From: Flectonema sp. DT1601
Taxonomy: Eukaryota
Assembly: GCA_964019425.1 (NCBI GenBank)
Contig: OZ025803.1
Location: 806,001-870,000, forward strand
Direction: 5' to 3'
Length of the DNA stretch: 64,000 nucleotides
The translations under genes were made by a program, and so were the position numbers. Every line of letters starts with the position of its first letter. The stretch's first letter is position 1. Shown here piece by piece: positions 13,372 to 25,034 of this stretch. The notes beneath the pieces are model-generated. The model saw only the letters and a program-made list of their open reading frames with translations. It had not been told where the DNA came from and searched no databases.

Positions 13372-16334
13372 TTAACGTCGGCGGAAATCACGTCGACTGT
13401 CATATCCACCACCACGTCGGTCTTCGAAGCGGCGATCATCGCGATCGTAACGAGGACGGCGGTCGTATCCTCCGGCTCCCCTAGGATCACGATCACGTCC
13501 GAAGTCTCCAGCAACAACTCCAGGAGCTCCTGGTTGCTGCTGAATCGGCGCACCTCTGAGATCCGATTTAGGTCTCTCACCTCCTCTCTTTGTAGCAACC
13601 ACTTGCTCTGATGATGATGACGATGTTGATCTTCTTCTCCTTCTCCTCGATTCCTTAATTTTATCCAACTCTACCTCACGCTCTTCAAGTTTATCATAAG
13701 CTTCCAAATACTTCTTCTTTCTTCCAAAGACGTAAAGCGTTGGAGATCTAAACTGCGCTGCCTCATCAAACGATGGATAAATAGGAACATAGCCAGGGTA
13801 CTCTGATGTTCTAAATGGACATTTGTTGATAAGACGAAGTCCCGTATCCGCACGTAAAGCAAGCTTGGAAAGCTGCCAGTCTGCGTAGCCAGGACAGTCA
13901 AATTGGGAAACTAAAAATAGACCCTTTGGTGCAAGAATAGGAGTACTGTACTTGAATATGCGTCTTACATAAGTTTGATTATCGTCAGTATCCATGAGGT
14001 GGTTGCCGGCTTCGTCGGTAGCAACAGGGAAGTTGGCAACAATAGTGTCAAATTGTGCGTCTTTTAAGTACTCTTCATAGCCCTCAGGTGATGTTGGGTC
14101 GAAGTCGTATCCCAGATTAACCCCACCGTTAATTAAAGCCTGAATACACTCAGATGAATCTGGGTACAGAGACATCAATTGTTCCTTCGAGTGCCTCGTT
14201 GTCACAGTAATACCGCTTCCGTTGTTCATAAAACGTGTAAGTAAAGCTACAGAAAAGGTCTGTTTTTTGTATGTTGTTTTATTTGCGCTTTGATTCAACA
14301 ACATCAAAGGAAAGGAAAACAAACAAACGCATACCAAATTAGTCTCTCCGATAACCAAAACCTTCATGTCGTTAGCAATCGGTGTTTCTCCAGGTGTGGT
14401 ATACTGTTAGGGAATTTAAAATCTTTTGAACCATCTGCCTCTTAAGTAAAAAGCTGCAACAGAAATACATACATCTGGAAGCATTGCGTGCCTTGCGAGA
14501 GTCGCATCGTTCTCCTCGTCTTTCTTGCTTTTAACAGCCTCAGCTTCCAGTCGAAGAGCTGTAAGTGCTTCAACAGAAATGTGATCGATTCCAAGTTTTA
14601 TCCATTCTGTCTTCCATCGGAAGTAACCCGCAGTGTCTGCTCTCATGATCATTTCACCCTCTGAAGATAACTTGTTAGTACGTGCGTAGTCCTTAGCGTG
14701 TTCTTCAATACGAGCTGTTAAGTTCGCATCCGCAGGAGGCTTCGCATTCTTGGCTGGTAATATCGCAGGTGCACCACCACCAAATATAACCTTCGCAAGA
14801 ACCTCTTCAGCTTGCTTTTGGGATGGCAAAGCTGGTGTTGTGCTCTGCAGAGTTGGCATAGCACTAACTTGTGGCGCAGTTGATGTCGTCTTCCTCGCAT
14901 ACTTTGCGATTGGAGTACCAGGAACGTTAAGAGTCTGAAATTGGTCGATAGCCTGTTTGCATTAGTGGTTTTTTGTAATTCACAACAATAATAATATTTG
15001 CAACACACTAAATACTAAATAAAAATCATACCATAATACCATAACGTACTTCTTTAAAGTTAATGAAAGCGTATTTATCTTTCATCTGAACGTTATCAAT
15101 TCCTCCAATACGAGCTTCGAAGACAGCCCTGATAGCCTCAAGCCTGTGTGAGTTTTGTGTTTTATAATTCTAGAAAATACGTTTATAACACAATGACATA
15201 CCCGATATTCTCAAGATCTTCCTTACTAGCATATTGCAAACAGATATTAGATGAAGGTGTAGGTCCAGCAGGGGCTTGAACAACAGGGGCTGGAGCAGTC
15301 ACCATACCCCAGTCGACAGAGAGGTTAGGGCATTCAGGAATTTTTAGTGATCCAGTATCAAATGCCGCTTTACATTTTGCAGCCGATGCCTGTTTTACAA
15401 ACACCACATGAGCTACTTTTGAATCTTCATCAATTCCCATTGCGACTTTATCAATTTCTCCATACTGAGGTCCTATCATAAGATTGAGTTCGTCTTCCAT
15501 AATAGGTGACGTTAAAGCATATTTAAAAACTAATTTTCTGGTTTCCTCAGGCTGAGGGACCACAGGTATATTCATTAGAGATGGGGGAAGAGCTGATCCG
15601 CCCTGTCCACCGATTTCTTCTCCTGGATGGAACCATTCAACGTAAGGAGAGACGTCTTTTATTTTGATGCTGGACTTGTAGGCACTCTGCGCGTGTTCGA
15701 TCTGGCAGAAGGTTACAATAGCATAATTATTGTGAGCTTCTTCTCCGTGAAGTTCAACCGTCTGAATGTCACCAAACTGAGCACACGCCCGCCCAACATC
15801 GTCTTGAGTTATATCCCGTCTGTTACCAAGACCACACCACAAGTAGGCACCAGGTCTGTCATAAACGCAACCTGCGTCTGGAACTGTTGAAGCAAAAACA
15901 TTTCTCATCGTACCTCCAACGTTAACCTGTCCCATCTTCAACACACGCTCCGCAGCCCTGATTGAACTGTATGTAATCGTCGCCTGGAATCTGCCATCCC
16001 GAAGCTGCTTAGCATTAATCTTTTCCAGCAACCCATAGGGAACAAATGCTTGTTGCAACACAATCGGGGACGGTTGAGAAGCACCAATGTCGCAGGTGAC
16101 AAGACGAGAAGGTGTTTGCTGCCTGCTGTGGTGATGTTGATGCTGGTGCCTGTGTTGGTGGTGATGGTGATGCTGGTGCTGATGGTGGTGGTGGTGATGG
16201 TGATGTTGCTGCTGGTGATGGTGATGATGATGATGGTGGTGCTGATGGTGGTGCTGATGATGACTACCACCACCCCATCTCTGCTGTGGTGGCCCATTTC
16301 CACCCTGCGGGGGGTACCCTCCGTATCCCGACAT
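13372..16334 (-). CDS. Multi-exon protein: His/Gln-rich N-terminus, several RRM-like domains, DUF2431 (BMT5-like rRNA methyltransferase) domain, RS/RG/RD-rich tail
   Basis: GT-AG introns 15144-15201, 14953-15049, 14404-14472 and 14260-14334 keep a single frame. RNP-like segments (NNYAIVTF, KVAHVVF, KYAFINF); DUF2431-like KVLVIGETNLTFSVAL, FDTIVANFP and YPGY. Confidence 0.75.
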
Positions 16335-16642
16335 ATTCTACCGAGGGGGAAAATATTATAAAAAACCAGATTGCACAACAAGCATTCTCATCAGGGGGGG
16401 AACATAAACACCATCCAGTAACTCATATTTTTGGTATTACTGAGGAATGATGATAATAATACACGCGACGGGGTGATTGAATCCAATAGAAATCACGTTT
16501 CCTTACATGTGTCCAGACATTAGGAGGACACATAACGGATTTTACATTCTGTAAAAAGAGCACGCTCGTACAAGTTCTCTTTGGGGTTCTTTGCTGATAG
16601 TGCACTCGACATGTAAATCTAAGTAACGGCACGCAACAATGT

Positions 16643-17350
16643 TTATAATTTCGGCTTTTTCAACAGCTGTATCAACGGAGTAAAAGAGGTAACGAACCAC
16701 TTCGCACCCTTTACAACTTTCTCCCTCTTCTGTACACCTCCGTAGCCGATAAAGAGGTCGGCAGCTCCAGGGGTGCAGGCTTCTAGGTCTGTCGCTCCGT
16801 CGCCAATCATAGTGACGGTTGTAAAGCAATATTTCGATTTGAGGAACGTAATGCACGCAGGCTTACCACCAGATTTGGAAGTGAAGGCCTTAGGATCATG
16901 GCCTGCAAAGGACCCGTCATCGCTGAATAAGATAGTGTTGGCGAAAACATTGCCGCGGGGTATGCCAAGGATGTCTGCAAGTGGGTGGATCATTTGTGTA
17001 AACCCGCCACTTACCAGAAATACTGACTTGCCCGTGACTCGAAGAGTAGTCACAAGCTCTGCAATACCTGGCGATAACTTTGGTGGATTCTTTTCAACGA
17101 ATTCTTCCAACTGCTGTTTTGTTGGGTTCATAATCTTCAGTCTCGCTGTCAAAGCATCCTCAAAGCTTACTCCTCCCCCCATTGCCTTGCTCGTCCATGC
17201 AGCCACTTCTTCCTTCTTCCCTAAAAATGCTGCAAACTCGTCGATTCCCTCGTCGATACAAACAGTTGAATCCACGTCGAAGCACACCGCATCACCCTCC
17301 ACCCACTGTTTCTCCAGTGCGAGGGTTTCGATCAAGTCCTGCGTTGACAT
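16643..17350 (-). CDS. PSPH: Phosphoserine phosphatase (HAD superfamily)
   Basis: FDVDST motif I, EGIDE, AMGG, LVSGGF, GDGATD, FIGYGG. Confidence 0.93.
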   Translation of the reverse strand: MSTQDLIETLALEKQWVEGDAVCFDVDSTVCIDEGIDEFAAFLGKKEEVAAWTSKAMGGGVSFEDALTARLKIMNPTKQQLEEFVEKNPPKLSPGIAELVTTLRVTGKSVFLVSGGFTQMIHPLADILGIPRGNVFANTILFSDDGSFAGHDPKAFTSKSGGKPACITFLKSKYCFTTVTMIGDGATDLEACTPGAADLFIGYGGVQKREKVVKGAKWFVTSFTPLIQLLKKPKL

Positions 17351-17657
17351 ATTTTAATAATTCAATTCAATATTGATATCTGAACGAAGATTTTTAAGTA
17401 AGAGAAAGGAAGGATTTGCATAAAGACTGACAAAGAAGGTACTAAGAGTGCGAAGCCCGTTGCCAATTAAAGAGATACATGATAAAATAAATTTGTGTCG
17501 GATGCTAATCATTTAATTTCTGTGTTCCTTGTCGGATTTTTACCTGCAGTTTACACTCAGAAGAGGTCTCTTTGGATACAGCAGTCCGAGCTGGAGTTGA
17601 CCAAGAGTAAAACTTTTCATTCTTTATTAATCACGTCAATAAGTAAATAATTTTTTC

Positions 17658-19800
17658 TTTTATTTATTTATTTAGTCACATCCCCCCTGTCTTTCCACTT
17701 TATTTTTCTTCATTCTGAGCATTCTTGCCCTTCTTATTTTTTGATAAAGTAAACAAGTAAGAATAAGCGCAACTGTCCTGAGTCCGTTGGAGGACTTCCC
17801 CGGATAGGAATCTCAAGACACAGTTAATATAAAGCGAAGGATCAGTACAGGGACGGTGGCCAAAGACCACTGGGTTACCTACGAGCCATGAAGCTCTGCG
17901 GATGTCCTCAGAGAAATAATTAGGATTATCCTTATTTCTGATTCTCTCAGCATGTCCTTGGGGTATCGAGCCGCTCTCAGGCCTGCGGTAGTTCACCCGT
18001 TTGATCAGTGGTTTCGCCCTTGCTGAACCCTCCATAATCTTACCAAACAGCTTTCTGTTAGCTTCCCTCGCTATCCTTGACTTATGTGCGAAGAAGTCCA
18101 TAGTTGTTGACACCGGCTTGCTCTTAACATCTTTTGATTTTTTTTTCGCCAGTTCATCTGCCTTGTCATGCGGTTCAATCCCCACGTGAGCTGAAGGTGT
18201 ACGAATGAGTCTAATTTTCTTATCCCTTCTAGTATCGAGAGAGAGTTCAGCTTCCTCTGAGCCTCAATTCCACCACGCAGCTCATCCAGATTGGATTTAG
18301 AATCACTGAAGACTCTCGTGATTCCAGATCTGGGACCCAGGACAGAGGTTGCTTTTCCAAATTCCCTTATCAACAACTTCAGAGTTATCTGTTCAGCCTT
18401 GTAACTACTTTCCGTTGCAATAAGTCTCGAAGCCATGGCACGGCGAGATCTGCACCGCTGCTGCGCCTTAGCCTTGTCCACTTCAGCACACCGGTCTTCG
18501 AATGTCCATATCCACAAGATATCTCCAGGCTCGGAACATCTATCCATGGCTCGATGCTGTCAGGCATGACAATCCCTTGGATCTTCATATTGGCTTGCTT
18601 CTCAATCTGCAGTCTCATCGGGAGTATGTTCGCCTCCCACGGTAACGGAAGGGACCTTGTGTTGAAGCCGCAGCCGGTGACCTTCCTTGTTATCTACTTC
18701 TTACCGTACTTATCAGCAAGATAGCCTCCAATAGGTGACCCAACGAGACCAGCACATGCGACTGAAAACAACATTCCAATCTGTGATGTGGACGCACTCA
18801 AGACAGCTGCTGCGTGAAGAGGAACCAACACCATCTGTGCTGCGTATCCGAAGAATAGCGCCGTGTTCATAGCTGCGATAGCCAAAGTTGGAGCAATTCA
18901 ACTTTGATTTCAAAACGCTGAACATGATCAAGAACTTATACATCCTCTCAAGGATTCTGTATGGGCTTGAGAGCTATGGACCTTTCTTGACAGATGAACA
19001 GCTTAAACCTATTGACCTGAAGCAGAACAAGGCATCTTCCTAGGGAATCCCAGCCTCAATACATATTCCTAGGAGTCCACCGGCATCCCGCAGGTCTTCG
19101 AGACCGACAGTGCCATGTCATTGTCTTTGCACCAACGATCTCGCTAACCCAAGGACTAATTGCGCCTTCCGTAAGTTATTTTAAAATCCTTATCCAAGCT
19201 GTGTCGTCTGCGTAGAGTGCTGAAACACATCCAGTCTTCTCAAGTTTCTTAGCCAGGTCGTCGACATATATCAGATAAAGGAGAGGCCCAACAATCGACC
19301 CTTGTGTAACACCTTTCGTCACCGTTCTGTATGCGCTCAGATTGCCATTGACACTAACCTTTGCTTTCCTTCGCGTCAGAAAGTTAGCGACCCATCCGAT
19401 GAATGGTGAAGGAATCCCCATCGCTACCATTTTAGCGATCAGTTTAACACTTGCCACCTTTTCTCGCACCATGCAGCGCATTGACCAGCAGTGATATTTA
19501 CTCGCAAGCATTCCTGCCCCTTCTGAAACCTGCCTGAATGGAGGACAAGGCGTTATGCGACGTCAACAAGGTGATCGGTCTGTAGCGAAGAAGTGAATAG
19601 TTTTTCTTTGGGCTTACCCGGTCAGGGAAATCCTGGGAGTTTGGCTGGTAACATGCCAGCAGCTAGCTACTCTGATTCCAAGACCGTGCTCATTGAGTAC
19701 AAGCCCAAGGCCCCCTCAATCTCGTCCGCCTTATCCTGCGCGATACTAAGAGTAGTATCATCCTTTGGCCGCCAACTGAAGCCTTCACTGCCTGCTCACA
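17658..19800 (-). mobile_element. Element D: degenerate, internally deleted and rearranged relative of family-A non-LTR retrotransposon
   Basis: Same (TAAA)n tail and 3' UTR as family A. Fragments match family-A RNase H (FSDSKSNL, HVGIEPHDKAD), RT (GVTQGS, YADD), PGKPK..RPITL and probably ORF1 (PAKLP). Frameshifts and deletions throughout. Confidence 0.88.
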
Positions 19801-20175
19801 ATTAAAAATTTCCCAGAAAAAATAAAGTGGGGGGGGATCGGGAGTGATGCGAATAAATAAAAACTTTTTTTATTTATTTATTTATTTATTTAGTCACATC
19901 CCCCCTGTCTTTCTACTTTGTTTTTATTCTTTCTGAGCATACTCGCTCTTCTTATTTTTTAACTAAGTAAATAAGCAACAACGAGTGCAACTGTTGTGAG
20001 TCCGTTGGAGGACTTCCCCGGATAGGAAGCTCACGACACTGTAAGTACAAAGCGAATGATCAATACGGAGACGGTGGCCAAAGACCACTGGGTTACCTGC
20101 GAGCTATGAAGCTCTACGGATGTCCTCAGAGAGTTATTAGGAGATGAATTAGGAGTGATGTATGAGTATGATATA

Positions 20176-23100
20176 CTAAAAAGATAGTAACTTCTGATAA
20201 CAGCTTGTTGCCGTCCATTGTTCTAAATGCCATATGAAGCCAGCGAGGGAATGTAAGTTCCTCGTAGCGAACATAAATAGCAGGCTGTGTTCCTTCTTTG
20301 AAATCTTCGCTTCTTCCATGACAGATCCAATTGTTCCATTTCTGATGCGTACCAGAGCAGAGTTCATGCAGTTAAACATCAAGTGTCTAGGTGATGAGTC
20401 CGTCCGTTTACAAAAAGGGCACTTCAGTTGTACGCCTTTGTCTCTCAGCAAGGGGTGTGAACCCGTTCTGAATTGTGCAATTCTTACTTCCGAAGCCCTC
20501 AGCATGTCTTTCGGATATCTAGCAGTTCTCAATCCTCCGGTCGCCTCCAGATACTGTCTGAGCATCACCCGTTTCATTGGAGGCTTTGCCTTCTCGGAGG
20601 CTTCCATCATCTTTCCTATCAACTTCCTGTGAGACTCCCTCGCTACCCTTGATTTGTGGGCGAAGAAATCCATGGTCGTTGAGACCGGTTTACTTTCGGC
20701 ATCCTTCGAGACTTCTTTGGCCAGCTTATCAGCCTTATCGTGTGGTTCAATCCCCACATGGGCCGGGATAAACTGGAGATGCACCTGTGTCTTCAGATCC
20801 CTAATGCTTTCCAGTATTAACAGAGAGTTCAACTTCCTCTGGGCAACAATCCCTCCATTGAGTTCCTCCAGGTTGGATTTCGAGTCACTGAAGATTCTGG
20901 TAATACCTGACCTGGGACCCAAGATCGAGTCAGCTTTGCCAATTTCTCTCATCAGCAGTTTGAGTGTTACTTGTTCAGCCTTGTAGCTGCTTTCAGTAGC
21001 TACAAGTCTTGACGACATCGTTCTCTCAGTTGGTGAGACCTGTACTGCTGCCGCACCCGCAGTGTAGTTAGCAGGATCATGTGAGCCGTCCACATATATA
21101 GCCGAGTTGCAAGGGACTAGGTCCCTGCAGTATTCCTCAAATTTGTTCCTATCCACATCTGCATCACCGGTCTTGTTATGACCATACCCACAGGATATCT
21201 CTAGATTTGGTACATCCGCCCAAGGTTCGATGCTGTCAGGTTGAACTATTCCTTGGAGGGCGATGTTACAATCTTCCTGCGGCAACTTAGAACTCCAGAA
21301 TCCTTTCGCTATTCGGTTCGTCGAACGTACCCACCTCAGCGATCGATACCTAAACAGAGCAGTTCTGGCCTGTTTTTCTATTATCAACTTCATCGGGAGC
21401 ATGTTCGCCTCCAAGAGCAGTGGGAGAGACCTGGTGTAGATGCTGCAACCCGTTATCCTTCTCGCAATCTTCTTCAGATTCAAGTCCACAAGATCAATCT
21501 GACCCTCAGATAGGAAAGGACCGAAGCTCTCCAGCCCATATGACAGCCTTGAAAGTATGTACAGGTTCTTGACCATGCACAGCGTCTTAAAATCAAAATC
21601 ATACTGTTCTAGTTTCCCCAGGAGTGCAAGACCCTTCCTGGTCTCATCCAGCATCTTTCCGACCTGTGTTCCATAAGATAAATCACCATCAATGTGCACC
21701 CCCAGGTATTTAACGCTGTCTACCATCGGCATCAGTACTGCGGTTAACAACTTTACTCTCAGCTTACTTGATCCATCAGGGAAAATTGCAAGCAGGTCCT
21801 TCGTATTAGCAACTTCGGTATCATCCACCTTGAGAATGGTTTCTCCACTACCCAGAATTGGCCTTCCAAACTCGTTCGGTCTGATCATCTTAGCCAGATC
21901 TCCCCTGCTTACAACGTAATAATTATCCTTTGCAGTCCTGGGGAAGCCCAGTCTCCAGTAGATATCCTTTGGGCAGCGCACAGGCATACCACATGTCTTA
22001 GAGACGGACAGTGCCATGTCATTGGTTTTGCACCAGCTATCCACAAGTCCAAGGATCCATTGCGCTTTCTTATTGGTTAAATTAACGTCCTTATCAGAGA
22101 CTACACAAGCGGTGTCATCTGCATAAAGAGCCGAAACTGAGCCAGTCTTTTCCAACAACTTCGCCAGGTCATCAACATAAATCAGGTATAGCAGCGGACC
22201 GATAATCGAACCTTGGGGAACCCCCCTCGTTACCGTTCTGTAGGAGCTAAGGTTGCCATTCGCACTCACCCTTGCCTGCCTGCCCTTCAGGAAGTCAACT
22301 ACCCATGCAATGAACGGGGAGGGAATACTCATGTTCTTCATCTTCTTGATCAGTTTCTCATGATTAATTCTATCAAATGCTTCCGTGAAGTCGAACGACA
22401 GCAGAACAGAGCTCTTGTTCTTTTCACTGGCCTCATGAAGAGCGTTGACTAACATTGAAATCTGCTCACACGTATTCCTTCCTCTTCTAAAACCCGCCTG
22501 GATAGACGACAGGGCATTGTTCTGGGTAAGCCAATACATCAACCTATCATAAATCACTCTTTCAAGTACTTTACCCACCACCGAGGTCAACGTGATCGGT
22601 CTGAAACTTGCGATCTTATCTTTTGGCTTACCTGGTTTGTAAACTGGCTTGATAAGACCCTCCTTCCAGATCCTCGGTACCTTTGACGTTAGCCACGATT
22701 CATTGAATAACGCCAGGAGGAAATCCATTCCTATCACCGATAAGTTCTTCAACATTATCCCATGGATTCCATCTGGACCTGGTGCTTTCCCGGGCCTTAC
22801 CTTCTTGATGGCTCGCTTCAGTTCAGTCATTGTTAGATTCCCTCCGATTTTGGCGAAGTCGCTGCTCTTCGTATTCGGAGGTCCTAGTTTACGTTTTGTC
22901 GGGGTCTTGACAAATTGTTCCAAGAACTTCGCAGGTAGTTGGTTCTCGTCAAACTCCGGAATGTGAATTTCACGTCCTTCATCCGTCTCAAGGTCCTTTA
23001 TCTTTTTGAACGCATATGCAAAGCCTTCACCTTTTGCTAGCCGTTCAGCGATAAATTTTCCCTTCGCACGCTTGGTATCTGGGGTGGAAGCGTTCCACAT

Positions 23101-24063
23101 TCTTCTTCTCTTCCCTTTGATCCGAAGCCTTCTCCTAACGTACCTCTTCGCTACTCCAAGAACGATTCTGTTGAACGTTACTGCTCTTCTCCCAACGCTC
23201 GCAGAGTTGTTTACCTTTCCAAACCTGTAGTCTAGTTCATGTTCATATGAGTACCAATCAGCTGTATTGAAGTCCCAGACCGATCTCTTCGTCGCGTGGT
23301 TGCCCGAAGGCTCAAGGGGTGAGAGCGTATCGAAGGTAGCAGAGAGTGGTGTATGATCCGAACCGTGCTCAATTCCTTCACCTACCAGCTCAAAGTTAAG
23401 CAGTTGAATCTCCTCGTGGTGCAGGATCAGATCGGGCGAGGTCCCATGTCTCGGCAGTGTCGCTAGACCTGGCGGGTTCGCAATCAGGAGGTCCTCTTGC
23501 CCTGTCCAGTTGAGAAGGTCACAGCCTTTTACGTCGGTTTTCTTGGACCAGTACCTATGGTGTGCGTTGAAGTCACCAGCGAGAATGAACTTGCCAACAC
23601 GTTTAAGGGAGAATAGTTCAAAATTAATCCTCGAGCTCGGTGGGGAGTAGATGTTGAGAATACTTACGTCTTCGTTAATTCTGACACCCATCGACTCGAC
23701 GGTTCCTCTCATCGACGGTATGGAGATATCAAAGCAATCATGTTGAATTCCTCGTTTTATTAAAGTGATCAGGCCACCTCCCCTTCCTGGCCTATCCCTC
23801 CTGTAGCAAACGTAGTTCCAATGAAACAATGCCATCCTGCAAGAAGTCTCCTGAAGGCAAAGTACGTCGGGGTCAAGCTTACTCAGGATGTGTCCAATGA
23901 ACTCCATTTTGTTCGAGATGGTGCGACAATTCCAACTGATTACATTTAGTTTGCAAGAGGGACCATCCTTTCTCCTATTCGGCCCTGGGTTTCGTTCAAC
24001 GTCCCCTGCTATCAGCAAGAGACGTCTTCGAGTCTCAGCCCAGTTCCTTCCATCTACGTGCCG
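20176..24063 (-). CDS. ORF2 of family-A copy 1: 2A-like peptide, APE endonuclease, reverse transcriptase, RNase H, C-terminal Cys/His motif
   Basis: ISWN, LQET, NIYSPP, AGDFNAH, SDH; PGPDG, FRPITL, QAGF, PQGS, YADD, YLG; YVDGS, FSDS, PAHVG; CPFC...HLMFNC. The frame is open from the ORF1 stop at 24064-24066. Confidence 0.95.
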   Translation of the reverse strand, partial: RHVDGRNWAETRRRLLLIAGDVERNPGPNRRKDGPSCKLNVISWNCRTISNKMEFIGHILSKLDPDVLCLQETSCRMALFHWNYVCYRRDRPGRGGGLITLIKRGIQHDCFDISIPSMRGTVESMGVRINEDVSILNIYSPPSSRINFELFSLKRVGKFILAGDFNAHHRYWSKKTDVKGCDLLNWTGQEDLLIANPPGLATLPRHGTSPDLILHHEEIQLLNFELVGEGIEHGSDHTPLSATFDTLSPLEPSGNHATKRSVWDFNTADWYSYEHELDYRFGKVNNSASVGRRAVTFNRIVLGVAKRYVRRRLRIKGKRRRMWNASTPDTKRAKGKFIAERLAKGEGFAYAFKKIKDLETDEGREIHIPEFDENQLPAKFLEQFVKTPTKRKLGPPNTKSSDFAKIGGNLTMTELKRAIKKVRPGKAPGPDGIHGIMLKNLSVIGMDFLLALFNESWLTSKVPRIWKEGLIKPVYKPGKPKDKIASFRPITLTSVVGKVLERVIYDRLMYWLTQNNALSSIQAGFRRGRNTCEQISMLVNALHEASEKNKSSVLLSFDFTEAFDRINHEKLIKKMKNMSIPSPFIAWVVDFLKGRQARVSANGNLSSYRTVTRGVPQGSIIGPLLYLIYVDDLAKLLEKTGSVSALYADDTACVVSDKDVNLTNKKAQWILGLVDSWCKTNDMALSVSKTCGMPVRCPKDIYWRLGFPRTAKDNYYVVSRGDLAKMIRPNEFGRPILGSGETILKVDDTEVANTKDLLAIFPDGSSKLRVKLLTAVLMPMVDSVKYLGVHIDGDLSYGTQVGKMLDETRKGLALLGKLEQYDFDFKTLCMVKNLYILSRLSYGLESFGPFLSEGQIDLVDLNLKKIARRITGCSIYTRSLPLLLEANMLPMKLIIEKQARTALFRYRSLRWVRSTNRIAKGFWSSKLPQEDCNIALQGIVQPDSIEPWADVPNLEISCGYGHNKTGDADVDRNKFEEYCRDLVPCNSAIYVDGSHDPANYTAGAAAVQVSPTERTMSSRLVATESSYKAEQVTLKLLMREIGKADSILGPRSGITRIFSDSKSNLEELNGGIVAQRKLNSLLILESIRDLKTQVHLQFIPAHVGIEPHDKADKLAKEVSKDAESKPVSTTMDFFAHKSRVARESHRKLIGKMMEASEKAKPPMKRVMLRQYLEATGGLRTARYPKDMLRASEVRIAQFRTGSHPLLRDKGVQLKCPFCKRTDSSPRHLMFNCMNSALVRIRNGTIGSVMEEAKISKKEHSLLFMFATRNLHSLAGFIWHLEQWTATSCYQKLLSF

Positions 24064-25034
24064 TCATTTACCTTCCAAGAATCTCGTCATCAGCATCTCT
24101 AAACGATCCATCCTTCGTTCCATCGTATCCTGTTCAGCTGTCGACTTCTTCACAGTTTTCTTTGTCACAACCTGCTCTACAGGACCTACTTCCTTCAAGG
24201 CTCCTTTCCTCTCCTCAATCTTCACACCCGCTTCCCGCCAGAGTCTCTTCCCCTTCCCCTTACCATGAAAGGATAAGAATTCTGCTCGCAAGTAGCAACG
24301 ATTAGAGGCCTCCCCCTCTGTTGGATCACGTCTCTTCTCCGGCGGAGTAAGGCCTTTTTCCGGTGTGCTCTCCGCAGTTGACGTTGGCTGAGTTTTCTCC
24401 TTCACATCCACCTCTCTGGCAGCTTGGCGCTTCTTACGATCTTGTCTTTGAACTACCTCAACCGTACATGCCCTACCGTCGATTAATACCGTGTCGTCAT
24501 CCGGCACTTCAGCACGCACCCTCATCCATCTGTATCCAGTCCTTACTCCATCCACGGTTGCTCTCACATGCCACCCATCCTTCGCCAGCAGCGCTACCGC
24601 TTCACGGGGAAGTACATCTAACGGAATTCCCGAGATTTCTAATTCAGGGAGCTTTGCAGGGATTCCCAGTTTTTCCCTGGTTACATCTTCCAGCTCCGGT
24701 GAAACTCTGATACCAAAACCTTTAGGGTTTTCGACTAATCCCAACGATTCCAAGGAATCAGAGTGTTCAACTGCCTCCTTCAAAGAGCACTCGTCCTGAA
24801 GCCAAATAACTGTATCCTTCGGAGCCTCCCCTTCGTCTTGGATCCACAAGAACCTCCCATCTTTGCCGGAAGTTCTTAGCAGTTCCACCGCCCCGGATTT
24901 CCTCAGTCGGATGACAGCCGACACCGTACTCTTCGTTACCCTGAAGTTGTACGCTTCCATGAAGCCGGGTGTGTCCTTCATTTCTTTTGTGATGAGGTGC
25001 TCAGGCTTGCTCGCTAACTCAAGCCACTTATCAT
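24064..25034 (-). pseudogene. C-terminal portion of ORF1, family-A copy 1 (truncated and interrupted)
   Basis: Near-identical to the last ~320 aa of ORF1 at 35048-38212. The track N-terminus MVHSKKKKN comes from the poly-A tail of element B. Confidence 0.9.

Noticed and set aside
19995..20130. Hammerhead ribozyme in the family-A 3' UTR (CUGAGGA; GTCC-GTTGGA-GGAC)
   Set aside because: No GAAA core at the required position on either strand; kept only as a structured UTR.
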